The notes: generated from the sequence alone by a model not told the origin. A stretch of DNA of 64,000 nt from a virus (IMGVR_UViG_3300005512_002353); one strand, 5' to 3'; shown: positions 48,426 to 57,773, numbered from the stretch's first letter. Made by a program: numbers and translations.

Positions 48426-48896
48426 TTAATGTAGATCTACCCAGGAACTGTTCGCGTATGCCTGGATCTTGTTCGTTGTTGTGTTATATATCAACCACCC
48501 ATTAGCGGCTGTCAGTGCATCTCTCTCTGCTGTTGTTAAGTTAGGCAAGCGGATCGGATCTTCCAGTGTGATTGCTTCCTGGCCGCCTGCTCCTAGATTC
48601 TGTATACCAACTTCTGATTCGAACTGTATAACCGAACTTGCGTCACCTCGAACAGCACCAGCTATGACTAAATCGCTGTTGATAGTGACCAGTCCGGTTC
48701 CGTTTGGATCCAGGGTGATATTACCATTCTCGTCAGTGCTGATGATTGTGTTTGATTGAATTCGTATGTTAGTGCCAACTGGACCTGCTAGGTATATCTC
48801 GTCAAAGTTATCATTGGCCTTATCAAACGAGGTGCGTAATGGATCACCTGTTCCGTCGTTGGCCGCTGTTCCGATGTTGATTGTCTGTTTTGCCAT
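48426..48896 (-). CDS. fibre/baseplate-type protein
   Basis: KQTINIGTAANDGTGDPLRTSFDKANDNF (gp9/gp10-like N-terminus); LTTAERDAL...IYNTT. Confidence 0.7.
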   Translation of the reverse strand: MAKQTINIGTAANDGTGDPLRTSFDKANDNFDEIYLAGPVGTNIRIQSNTIISTDENGNITLDPNGTGLVTINSDLVIAGAVRGDASSVIQFESEVGIQNLGAGGQEAITLEDPIRLPNLTTAERDALTAANGWLIYNTTTNKIQAYANSSWVDLH

Positions 48897-48940
48897 ATCT
48901 TTCTATTCTCCACAACTATTTATCACAATTAACAGACAAG

Positions 48941-48964
48941 AAAAAAGGCACATAAAGTGCCTTT
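48941..48964 (-). terminator. rho-independent terminator
   Basis: AAAGGCAC-TTTAT-GTGCCTTTTTT. Confidence 0.7.
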
Positions 48965-48986
48965 CTTCCTACTAGCCTTTTAACGA

Positions 48987-51611
48987 TTAGTGTTTGCCGA
49001 TCACTACTTCGATCACGCCTTCTTCACCGCTAAAGTCTTCTAAAGCCTTACCAATGACTGCACCAACTTTAGGATCTGCTTCAGCTCTCGCCTTACCATT
49101 TCCTGCTGATACCATCATGTCACCTTTAGCAACTGGACCTTGAACCTTACACGGAACACGACCTGTCAATGCTACCATTGCTGTGTGTTCTGCTTCAAGA
49201 CCGTCGTTCATTCTGTAAGCTGGGCTTGTTGATACAACACCTGCCACTTTCGTGCAGTGATCTGTATCACACTGTGACACTTCCTTCTCACCACCAAAGT
49301 GAACAACTGTTCCTGGTTCATAGTCAGCATCTGCTTCGTATTTCTCAGCCAAGTCAGCGTATTGTGCTGAAGTCGCTTTAGCGAACACTGTGTTAAAGCC
49401 TGTAGTTGCGTTACCAATATTACCAACGCCATCTGCCTGCTCGTTGATGATACCTGTTGAGTCAACACTTAATATGCCTGTGCCACCAATCGTGAACGTA
49501 ACGTCACCGCCGTTAGCCGCTGTCACATTTGTTGTGCCGTTATTGATGTTGTCAGCTGACACAGCACCTAATGAACCTGATGTGATGTCTGCTGGTGTAG
49601 TGCCGTCTGATGCAAAGATCGCTAATTCACCTGATGACTCTTTCAACTGGATCGCACCCAAGTGGATCGTTCCAGCATCTACGTAGATGTCTGTCCAACG
49701 CACTGTTGCGTTACCGATTGAGTATGTTGAGTCTGCCGCTGGCATCAAGTTACCTTTAACGTCGATCTCTGTCTCGTTATTCGCTTCAACAGTTGCACCA
49801 CCTGATGTAGATGAGATGTTAGTAACTGTTGTAGTCGTTGTGATCTTACGAACTTCGATCTTGTCGCCTGATAATGGAGCTTCTGTGAACGTCAATGTCG
49901 TTCCTGACACACCATAAGCAGTTGTTGGTAATTGGACCACACCGTTGATAGAAACGATACATGATGCTGTCGTTTGTGAATCGCTCAGTGTGAATGCCAC
50001 TGTTGAGTTGTCACCGTCAAATGTTTCTGAAGCGATAACCGTGAACGCTGGAACACCGACCGTTTCCCAACCATCACCACTTGTGTATTGCTCAAGTGAG
50101 TCCGCTGTTGTGTTGAAACGCAACATACCTACCACGCCAGTGCCTGGACGCTGTGCCGTGTTACCAATTGAAATCATAACTGAGTCTGTAGTAGCGACTT
50201 TAAATGATACGTCAGTTGTCGGAGTGCCTGTGGCGATGTTAACTGTGTCAGTGCCTGCGTCAACGAACAACATGTTAGCATTGTTGTCTGACTCAACACG
50301 AAAGTTTATGTCTGCACCTGCTTCGTTGACTGTAACCTCACCACCCGATGTTGCTGTGATATCATTGCCATCTAACGATAAGTTATCAACTGCAATCGAT
50401 GTTGCGCCTGCAATATCACCACCACTGATTGTTGCTGTGCCGTCTGTGATTGTGCCTGCTGTTACCAAGTTACCACCAGTGATGTTACCTGTAACTGAAG
50501 CAAGACCACCTGTTAGTAAGTTACCACCAGTGATGTTACCTGTTGCTACAACTGTCGCTGATACTGCTAAACTAGCCGCATCAAGTGCCGCTTTAGTTCC
50601 ACTAATAACTTCGCCTGTGTTACTTGCTTCTGAGTAGAATGAGATAGTTGATGCTGAGTTATCCCAACCCATGAACGCAAATTTCTCAGAACCGTCATAG
50701 TAATACATTGTCATACCACGGTCTTTGTTATCATCTGTTGTAAGTGGAGCATCGTCCGCACCACGACCTAACTGGAAGATTGGATCAACTAATGTTGACA
50801 CTGTTGAGTTAACAGTTGTCGTTGTTCCGTTAACTGTCAAGTCACCTGTAACTGTCAAGTCGTTGCCAATCGTTACGTCATCTGGTAAGCCGATAGTTAA
50901 TGTGTCAGTTGCTGAAACTGCTACTTCAATTTCGTTGGCAGTGCCAGCGAATGTCAAAGTGTCGCCATCAGCGATCGATTGGTTGGTAGTGCCATCAGTG
51001 ATAGTAAACACTGAGCTCAATGCATCATCAACGTATTGTTTTGTTGCCGCATCACCGTTTGCTACTGGTGCGCCAATGTTACCAACAACGTTTTGGTTCA
51101 TTTCAATTGTGCCTGACGCTAATACTGTCAATGAACCTGTTTGAGTTAATGCTGATGTTAACAAATTACCACCAGTGATGTTACCTGTTGCTGTGATAGC
51201 ATCGTCTGCTGTTAGACCACCTAGACGTAAGTCTGCGTAGTCTGTTACTGTCATTGCTGTGGCTGTTCCCGCTGATGAAGTTTCTACCAATGCAAACTCT
51301 GTTTCTGATCCATCGTAGCCCATGAATACTGAAGTGTTGTCACCTCTTTCCAGGTATAGACCTACGTCGTTCGCAAATGCTCCAGTTGCATCACTGTTCA
51401 AGACCATAATAGCATCTTCAACGGTTGTGTTTGTGGTTGAAACTGTAGTTGTAGCACCGTTAACTGTGAGGTTACCTGTGATCGTCAGGTTGGACCCATA
51501 AGTTAAGTCGTTTTCCAACTTACCAGCGGTAACAGAATTGTTAACTAGCTTACTTGACCCAACAATGGTTGCGTCAGTGATCTGATTGTTCTTAATTCTT
51601 GTGACTGCCAT
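48987..51611 (-). CDS. long fibre protein
   Basis: 874 aa, S/T-rich, LTVNGTTTTVN and TGNITGGNL repeats, DAATKQYVD, C-terminal SAQYADLAEKY domain. Confidence 0.75.
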   Translation of the reverse strand: MAVTRIKNNQITDATIVGSSKLVNNSVTAGKLENDLTYGSNLTITGNLTVNGATTTVSTTNTTVEDAIMVLNSDATGAFANDVGLYLERGDNTSVFMGYDGSETEFALVETSSAGTATAMTVTDYADLRLGGLTADDAITATGNITGGNLLTSALTQTGSLTVLASGTIEMNQNVVGNIGAPVANGDAATKQYVDDALSSVFTITDGTTNQSIADGDTLTFAGTANEIEVAVSATDTLTIGLPDDVTIGNDLTVTGDLTVNGTTTTVNSTVSTLVDPIFQLGRGADDAPLTTDDNKDRGMTMYYYDGSEKFAFMGWDNSASTISFYSEASNTGEVISGTKAALDAASLAVSATVVATGNITGGNLLTGGLASVTGNITGGNLVTAGTITDGTATISGGDIAGATSIAVDNLSLDGNDITATSGGEVTVNEAGADINFRVESDNNANMLFVDAGTDTVNIATGTPTTDVSFKVATTDSVMISIGNTAQRPGTGVVGMLRFNTTADSLEQYTSGDGWETVGVPAFTVIASETFDGDNSTVAFTLSDSQTTASCIVSINGVVQLPTTAYGVSGTTLTFTEAPLSGDKIEVRKITTTTTVTNISSTSGGATVEANNETEIDVKGNLMPAADSTYSIGNATVRWTDIYVDAGTIHLGAIQLKESSGELAIFASDGTTPADITSGSLGAVSADNINNGTTNVTAANGGDVTFTIGGTGILSVDSTGIINEQADGVGNIGNATTGFNTVFAKATSAQYADLAEKYEADADYEPGTVVHFGGEKEVSQCDTDHCTKVAGVVSTSPAYRMNDGLEAEHTAMVALTGRVPCKVQGPVAKGDMMVSAGNGKARAEADPKVGAVIGKALEDFSGEEGVIEVVIGKH

Positions 51612-51779
51612 AATTTTTTTTCCTTAAAATCTGTTTGGAGTCGCTAAACTCCGATATCTAACGTTAGATAACGGATGTGTTCCCCCCGCTATTACCAATA
51701 TTTATTTGAATATTAGAATTTTAACCTGTTACGGCCCTGTATAAACTGCTGATATTATTGAATAAACTGCGTGGTTAAT

Positions 51780-52769
51780 TTACCCTATTTTCCAGTTTGC
51801 TCCGTCGGAGTATACTGGCACGTTGTTAGCACCTCCTCCTGTTACCGTTGATGCAAATGTCGTTGCCGACGCATCAGTCACGAATGCTCTTGCTCCTGCT
51901 CCCACAGATGATGCTGATGGTAAGTTTGTTACCAACACTGGCGTGGTCTTGACATATGAACCTACTGAACTGCCCAGTGTCTTTGTCAAAAACCTAACGG
52001 TGACCTTATCACCTGATGCAGGTGCTTGTGTGAATGTTAGTGTGGTTGAGCTCACGGAGTAGGCAGTCGTTGGTAACTGTAACACACCATTGATGTCAAC
52101 TATGACTCCTTCCGTTGTTGATGCTGATGATAATGTGAATGCCACTGTTGAATCGTCACCATCAAAGTTCTCTACCAGTGTGGTGTAGTCTCCTGTTGCG
52201 TCCCATTGAGATCCATCATATACTTCCAATGCACCAGTTTCAGAATTGTATCTTGTCTCACCAGTTGATGGTGATCCTGCCCTCTGTGATGTGTTACCAA
52301 CAGGGATAACAAAACCTGTTGTTCCTGCGATTATAAATGTTCCAGACTCAGCATCTATGGTGATGTCATCACTAGCTGTTACTGATGTGATCGTGGTATC
52401 ATTGATTTCAAGATTGCCGACAGTTGAGGACTGTGCATCAACATAGGCTTTAGTGGCCGCGTCTTGTGCTGACAAAGGATCTGCTACGTTAGTAATATTT
52501 GTTGAGGATACGTCAATGTTACCGGTGCCATTCGGATTTAACACGATATGTGCATTAGCATTTACTGAAATTACTTGATTGTTTGAAAATTGTAGATTAC
52601 CGACTGTGGCATTACCCGCCACTGTGAGGATGTCTGTTGTTGATACCGTGCCGATACCAACTTTGGAGTTGCCGTAGTCAACTACCAGTGTGTTCGTGTC
52701 AAATGTTAAGTTGGTGTCTCTGGCAAGATCATCTCGCAAGAGTCTACCAGAAATTCGCCCTTGGGCCAT
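51780..52769 (-). CDS. fibre protein
   Basis: DAATKAYVD, P.G.T.QR..RYN, FDGDDSTVAFTLS module. Confidence 0.7.
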   Translation of the reverse strand: MAQGRISGRLLRDDLARDTNLTFDTNTLVVDYGNSKVGIGTVSTTDILTVAGNATVGNLQFSNNQVISVNANAHIVLNPNGTGNIDVSSTNITNVADPLSAQDAATKAYVDAQSSTVGNLEINDTTITSVTASDDITIDAESGTFIIAGTTGFVIPVGNTSQRAGSPSTGETRYNSETGALEVYDGSQWDATGDYTTLVENFDGDDSTVAFTLSSASTTEGVIVDINGVLQLPTTAYSVSSTTLTFTQAPASGDKVTVRFLTKTLGSSVGSYVKTTPVLVTNLPSASSVGAGARAFVTDASATTFASTVTGGGANNVPVYSDGANWKIG

Positions 52770-52875
52770 GGTATCTCCTCATCCTCCGTGTTTCACGGAT
52801 AACCTTGTTCTATCGCAGGTTTACCTCGGTTTGTCCCCAACACCTTGTTGGTTATGCGTTTATTTATCTTAAAAA

Positions 52876-53286
52876 TTAATCGGGAGTTTCGCCAATGCCT
52901 TGGATGACTGTGATGGTCTCTCCAGTTGGCGGTGCCTCATCAAATATAACGTCATCTGATGATAGTGTGTAGTGCGTGGTTGATTCCTGATGGACTCCAC
53001 CAATGAACACTAGTAGTTGTCCTGCTCCTGTCGGAGTGGTTGACAGTGTGAATGTTGTTGTTGAGCTGTCGCCAGTGAAGGTATCTATGGTCAGTGTCTT
53101 CTCACCGTCGAGTGCCACCTGTTTAAATGTTGAGCCATTGTAGTATTCTAATTTTCCTAGATCAGTGTTAAATCGAAATGACCCAAATGTTGGTGCGTCT
53201 GGTCGCTTGGCTGTGTTACCTGATGGTATGTCAACTGACTTTACCACACTGCTTACTGCAGGTTCTTTTAAAAATCTACCAGCCAT
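52876..53286 (-). CDS. small fibre-associated structural protein
   Basis: PSGNTAKRP..FRFNTD and FTGDSSTTTFTLS modules. Confidence 0.65.
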   Translation of the reverse strand: MAGRFLKEPAVSSVVKSVDIPSGNTAKRPDAPTFGSFRFNTDLGKLEYYNGSTFKQVALDGEKTLTIDTFTGDSSTTTFTLSTTPTGAGQLLVFIGGVHQESTTHYTLSSDDVIFDEAPPTGETITVIQGIGETPD

Positions 53287-53295
53287 TGCTTATCC

Positions 53296-53610
53296 TTAGA
53301 TAGAAGTGTATGATACAACGCAGTTGATAGCTGACGCTGTGTTTGCTGTAGCACTGATGAAATCACTGTTCTCTAACAATAACTTCTCGCCGCCCGCATA
53401 CAATTGATATGTGTCATTGGCCGCAATCTCTAAACTGTCTGCTACCAAGTTGACGTTGCCAACTGAATCACCGCTCGGCACTATGTTGATATCAACTGCC
53501 ACTGCTGATGATGTGTAGTTAGTAAACGTTGCATACGTAACTGCTGTGTTGCCACTTGATGTGTAGACCGTTGTCGCTGAGTCATTTACCTGTGTTGTTG
53601 AAATTGACAT
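53296..53610 (-). CDS. small structural protein (beta-sandwich-like)
   Basis: 104 aa; TVYT...A.T...N, KLLLENSD.I. Confidence 0.55.
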   Translation of the reverse strand: MSISTTQVNDSATTVYTSSGNTAVTYATFTNYTSSAVAVDINIVPSGDSVGNVNLVADSLEIAANDTYQLYAGGEKLLLENSDFISATANTASAINCVVSYTSI

Positions 53611-53620
53611 TTGTTACTTC

Positions 53621-54292
53621 CTAAAATATAATGCCGAATACCACGGCTTTTGATTTACTTACTAATTCATCTGCTGATGTCGTTCCTGACACAGCATATA
53701 AACCCGTTCCGCCGGACCCTGCCGCTTTGGCATAAACAGTTGTGTAACCTGACTGTCCTGTTGGATCACTTGCTTCGTTTTGTAACCTCACTGCTGATCC
53801 ATCTACGTGTAATATGCCTGATCCATCTGCGGCGATAACAATGTTACCGTTACTTGCTGACACGATGCTCTGTCCATTGACATCTAAGTCTCCGCCTAGT
53901 TGTGGTGTTGTATCTTCTACAATGTTTTCAATACCGCCATTACCTGACACTGATGTAGCAATAGCAACAACAGTTCCGTCGCCGTTGTCAATTGACCATT
54001 TGTCTGTTGACTCTACGTATACTAATCTAGCATTTGTTGACGAACCTCTATCAACCTCAAGGCCTGATAAGTTACCAGTAACTCCCGCTCCTGACTCACC
54101 GTCATTGAGGAGTATCAATCTGTCCTGGATGTTGGTGTCAGTTGAGTTGACCGTGGTCTGCGTGCCTGTGACATTTAAGTTACCTGTGATGGTAACCGTA
54201 TGTGTGGTAATACCTACGTTGCCGTCTATTGCACCCGAGGCATCGTATGTGTATATGTTGTAATCACCTGATGTTCTTTTTACTGTTGCCAT
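53621..54292 (-). CDS. structural/fibre protein
   Basis: GNLNVTGTQTTVNS, GLEVDRG, DTTPQLGGDLDVNG. Confidence 0.65.
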   Translation of the reverse strand: MATVKRTSGDYNIYTYDASGAIDGNVGITTHTVTITGNLNVTGTQTTVNSTDTNIQDRLILLNDGESGAGVTGNLSGLEVDRGSSTNARLVYVESTDKWSIDNGDGTVVAIATSVSGNGGIENIVEDTTPQLGGDLDVNGQSIVSASNGNIVIAADGSGILHVDGSAVRLQNEASDPTGQSGYTTVYAKAAGSGGTGLYAVSGTTSADELVSKSKAVVFGIIF

Positions 54293-54305
54293 GGTCCTAT
54301 CCTAT

Positions 54306-54884
54306 TTACAACTTATTTATCTTCTGTTTGAACTGCTCCATTGTGATTTCTTCAATGTTTTTCCATTTATTTTCCCACTTCACTGATGTAGATGTTGGGC
54401 TAGTTACTCTAAAGAATATTGCTTTGCGAAAGTCGTTGGCAACTTGCTGTATATGATATACCCAATTACCTGCATAGGTTGCCTTGTCGGTGTTAGGTTT
54501 GTAGAACTCTGTGCCTCCATATACATTGTTAAGTAGGCCGTCTGGTGATCCTAGATCAAATCCTAAAAAGTAAATGTGCGTATGTCCGTCTAAGGCCGCA
54601 CGACTTATAGCAACCGGTCCTGAACTCATGCCATAGTATGGTCTCTCTATCTTGTGTGACTTTGAATCTGGTAGAGGTCTACGTGTCCAATGTTTCACAC
54701 GTTCAGGTATGCCTAGTTCTTGTATCTTATCTGATATGGGCTTGTCTGTTGATATGAGGACATTAGGCATGAATTCTCTATAGATTGCATTACACCCATA
54801 GATTGTTCCTTTACCTATTAGATCCTGTTGCGGGTTTATCTCTAACCTACTTTTGCCGTTACCTAATACAAATGCTACTGTCAT
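54306..54884 (-). CDS. putative glycosyltransferase-like Rossmann protein
   Basis: AFVLGNGKSR, YGCNAIYR, SSGP, YFLGFD. Confidence 0.5.
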   Translation of the reverse strand: MTVAFVLGNGKSRLEINPQQDLIGKGTIYGCNAIYREFMPNVLISTDKPISDKIQELGIPERVKHWTRRPLPDSKSHKIERPYYGMSSGPVAISRAALDGHTHIYFLGFDLGSPDGLLNNVYGGTEFYKPNTDKATYAGNWVYHIQQVANDFRKAIFFRVTSPTSTSVKWENKWKNIEEITMEQFKQKINKL

Positions 54885-54920
54885 AAAAAATCCTCTCTCA
54901 GCTATTTACTAAGAGAGGAT
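54885..54920 (-). promoter_or_regulatory. terminator-like hairpin with late promoter in loop and RBS in 3' arm
   Basis: ATCCTCTCT-tagTAAATAgctg-AGAGAGGAT-TTTTT-ATG. Confidence 0.6.
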
Positions 54921-54941
54921 CCCTGTCGATAAGAATCTTGA

Positions 54942-55301
54942 TTAGATTGCTGTCAAGGTCAATAAAGATTCAGATGAATCGTCTGCCACTGCCCAGGTGT
55001 AAACAACATCATTATAATCAACCGCTCTGTGAGCTGTGATCTTTTTGATTGCTTTTGCTTCGCCTGCTTCATTCAATCCAACGATGGACATCTCGCCTGC
55101 CGCATGTCCGTTGATCTTGTCAACTAATATACATTCGCCCTGTAGTGAGCCTGCATCGTTTGAAACTGTGAATGTTTTAGAACCTTTTTGATTAACAATG
55201 TAACCCTCAAAATCTGTTCCGCCGATGTCTGCTCGGATTGGAATAGTTGCTGGAGCTGTGCCTGTTGGTCCTAAAAAGTATTTGTCGATTGGTCTACCCA
55301 T
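54942..55301 (-). CDS. hypothetical late (probably structural) protein
   Basis: 119 aa MGRPIDKYF; strong RBS; immediately downstream of gp23. Confidence 0.65.
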   Translation of the reverse strand: MGRPIDKYFLGPTGTAPATIPIRADIGGTDFEGYIVNQKGSKTFTVSNDAGSLQGECILVDKINGHAAGEMSIVGLNEAGEAKAIKKITAHRAVDYNDVVYTWAVADDSSESLLTLTAI

Positions 55302-55397
55302 TTTATATTTCTCCTATAAAGAAGTCCAATGCGGGTTCTATCCGCTACGCTGATATGGTTAAACAGCATAAGAAAGCACCCCATGTGCTAACACTAG

Positions 55398-55405
55398 TAT
55401 TTATA
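55398..55405 (-). promoter_or_regulatory. T4-type late promoter TATAAATA
   Basis: Exact octamer. Confidence 0.7.
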
Positions 55406-55417
55406 AAAACTTGAGTC

Positions 55418-55447
55418 AAAAAAAGAGGACTTAAAAAGTCCTCTTTT
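55418..55447 (-). terminator. terminator after major capsid gene
   Basis: AAAAGAGGACTT-TTTA-AGTCCTCTTTTTTT. Confidence 0.85.
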
Positions 55448-55474
55448 AATGTTAACAGCGTATGCTGTATCAAC

Positions 55475-56650
55475 TTATGAGAATGATAAGTTAGATACTG
55501 CAATTTCGCCAACGTAGTCACCAGCATTACCAAATGATGATGCTGTGTTTGTTAATTCTACGTAGCCATAACGTGTTAAGAATGATACTACTGGTTCAAA
55601 TGTTGATGGATCTAAAACAACACCTGAGCTCATTAATGGAACGTATGGGCAATAGAACGCCGCCGCATCTGATTCGCTTGAGCCTTTGTAACCAACTAAT
55701 ACTGCTGTTGTGTCTGAAGCGTATGAGTCAACAAAAATTCTCATAGCACCGTTTAATGTGCCAACGAATTTAGTGTTTGTTGGTGCTTCAAATGTGCCTT
55801 CAGTTGATCTTGCGAACGCTGAAGTTGTAGCAGATTGTAATACTGTTAATGCCGCTGGAGATACAACAGCCCAGTTACCTGCGCCACGACGTGTTCTTTG
55901 AGCGATCAAGTTAGCAGTTCTGTTAATTAAAACAGCAAGTGCCGCATGCTCGTCACCAACGAATGTCGCTGTGCCTGATACTGTAGATTGGTTGTATGTA
56001 AACTCTGTAGCCGCTAATGAACGTAAAGATGCTAAGATCTCTTGATCGATTTCAGCAGTAATTTCTTGTGCTAAAGCCGCCATGATCTCTGCTTCTACGT
56101 CGATGCCGTGCATAGCTTGTGCATCCTGAGCCGCTTCAAATGTCCAACGTGCTTGTAATTTACGTGTTTTTGCTTCAACAGCCTGTTTCAAGATTTGAAC
56201 TGAGATCTTACGACCGCCTGTTCCTTCTTTAGCCGCTGTTACATCGGCGTTACCGGCAGTGCCGTCACCTGAATAAGCAGTAGCAATCTTGAATGGTGAT
56301 AATGCTTCGTCGCCTGCTGTTACATCGTTAGCAGTGCCTGTAGCATTGTTTGTTTCTGCATAACGCACTCTTAATGTGTGGATTTGACCAACTGGGCCAG
56401 TCATTGGTTGAACACCAACGATTTCGTTAGCGATAACTGTTGGCATCACACGTCTGATAACAGGTAGGATAACACGGTTAAGTGTTGCTACGTTACCAGC
56501 TGTTGTTGTGCCAGCCGCTGATGTCTCCATCAAGTGCTTCTTGGTGTTTTCTAAAACAACACCCATTGCGTTTCTTTTATTACCTTGGAGGCCTTCTAAT
56601 AATGCTTCTTTAGTTTCACCCCAACGGCTTTCAAGTAGTTCTTGTGACAT
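55475..56650 (-). CDS. gp23: major capsid protein (gp23-like)
   Basis: GVQPMTGP, AKTRKLQARW..EAAQD, EIDQEI, FYCPYVPL, TRYG. Confidence 0.96.
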   Translation of the reverse strand: MSQELLESRWGETKEALLEGLQGNKRNAMGVVLENTKKHLMETSAAGTTTAGNVATLNRVILPVIRRVMPTVIANEIVGVQPMTGPVGQIHTLRVRYAETNNATGTANDVTAGDEALSPFKIATAYSGDGTAGNADVTAAKEGTGGRKISVQILKQAVEAKTRKLQARWTFEAAQDAQAMHGIDVEAEIMAALAQEITAEIDQEILASLRSLAATEFTYNQSTVSGTATFVGDEHAALAVLINRTANLIAQRTRRGAGNWAVVSPAALTVLQSATTSAFARSTEGTFEAPTNTKFVGTLNGAMRIFVDSYASDTTAVLVGYKGSSESDAAAFYCPYVPLMSSGVVLDPSTFEPVVSFLTRYGYVELTNTASSFGNAGDYVGEIAVSNLSFS

Positions 56651-56672
56651 ATCTTTCTCCTAATGTCTTTAC

Positions 56673-57764
56673 TTATAGTCCGGCCAATTTGCGTAAGTCG
56701 ATGACCTGTGTGTCTTCGTCTTTCGCTTCAACTGGCGCAGGTTTATCCCCAGTAACTTCCTTAACAGATTCTGTAAGTGTCGATTTCTTAGACTTCACTA
56801 CATTCTCGTTAAGCACCGCTGGGAGATACTTGTTAAAAGCATTCTCTAATTTCTTAGTTTGAACGCCTTCTAATAAATTACGCATCACTTCTGCTTTCTC
56901 GTCATTCAACGTTTCAAGCAACTCGTCTAACTTAGCGTTACGCTCGTTAGTTTCGTTGATAATGCGGATATCTTTTTCTTTGGCTTCGACCAACGCTTTG
57001 GTTTCGTCGAGTGCCTTGGTTGATTCCTCTAATTGCTGGTTTTTCTCTTCGATCTGTGCCATTAACTTGCGGATCTCAGCATTCTCATTTAAATGAGTGC
57101 CTGCGAATTCGCTAGCAAATGTTTCGAAGATCTTTCTACCAAAACTGTTCTCACGAGCAATTTTGATATCTTCCTGTAATTGAGAAAGTTCAGCTTTCAA
57201 GTGCTTGGCAACAGCAGTTGACATCTTCTCGCTTGATTCTGTAACGAACTTAGTTTTAAGTTCCTCAAGTTTCTCACGAGCCTCTGCAACAAGTTTAACT
57301 TTAGTCTCTACAACGTCCTGTTTATCTTGAGCAAATTCTTTGATTTCTTCTGCTAATTGAGCAACAACAAAGTTTTCCAATTTTTCCATTGTAGCACCAT
57401 GTTGTTTACGGTCTTCACGAAGATCTTTGATCTCTTCAGCCAACTTAGTAACCATGAAGTTATTAAATTTTTCTGCTGATTCTTTCATTTTGTTAACTTG
57501 GTTAACACGATCTTCTGCTAATTTGGCTTTTTCTTCTTTCATTTCAGCCATCTCAGTTTCAAGACTTTCTGTTACCATGCGATCGATTGCTTCAACCATT
57601 GTTGTTTTGTCGTGTTCATACTTCTGTGCGAATTCCTCGCGGATTTCTGCACGAACTTGATCGCGAACTTCATTTAACTTAGATTCCCACGCTTCGTTGA
57701 TTTCGTTGCGTGTATCTTCATTAACTAAGTCGCTATCGAGCAATGGTTTAATAACATCTAGCAT
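56673..57764 (-). CDS. gp22: prohead scaffolding/core protein (gp22-like)
   Basis: Coiled-coil E/K-rich, FGRKIFETFASEF; between protease and capsid genes. Confidence 0.85.
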   Translation of the reverse strand: MLDVIKPLLDSDLVNEDTRNEINEAWESKLNEVRDQVRAEIREEFAQKYEHDKTTMVEAIDRMVTESLETEMAEMKEEKAKLAEDRVNQVNKMKESAEKFNNFMVTKLAEEIKDLREDRKQHGATMEKLENFVVAQLAEEIKEFAQDKQDVVETKVKLVAEAREKLEELKTKFVTESSEKMSTAVAKHLKAELSQLQEDIKIARENSFGRKIFETFASEFAGTHLNENAEIRKLMAQIEEKNQQLEESTKALDETKALVEAKEKDIRIINETNERNAKLDELLETLNDEKAEVMRNLLEGVQTKKLENAFNKYLPAVLNENVVKSKKSTLTESVKEVTGDKPAPVEAKDEDTQVIDLRKLAGL

Positions 57765-57773
57765 GCCATTCTC

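Noticed and set aside
46324-49450. Possible diversity-generating retroelement (Mtd-like N-terminus plus two similar C-terminal regions as TR/VR)
   Set aside because: Both copies are coding paralogues that differ at all base types, not only adenines, and no reverse transcriptase is present in the window.
47652-51144. Several long plus-strand ORFs (e.g. 47652-48230, 49945-50637)
   Set aside because: In-register antisense shadows of repetitive fibre genes, caused by codon bias.
52770-52858. c-di-GMP-I riboswitch identity for the structured leader
   Set aside because: Only superficial similarity (GAAA loop, CAAACC); element order does not fit, so it is kept as an unknown structured RNA.
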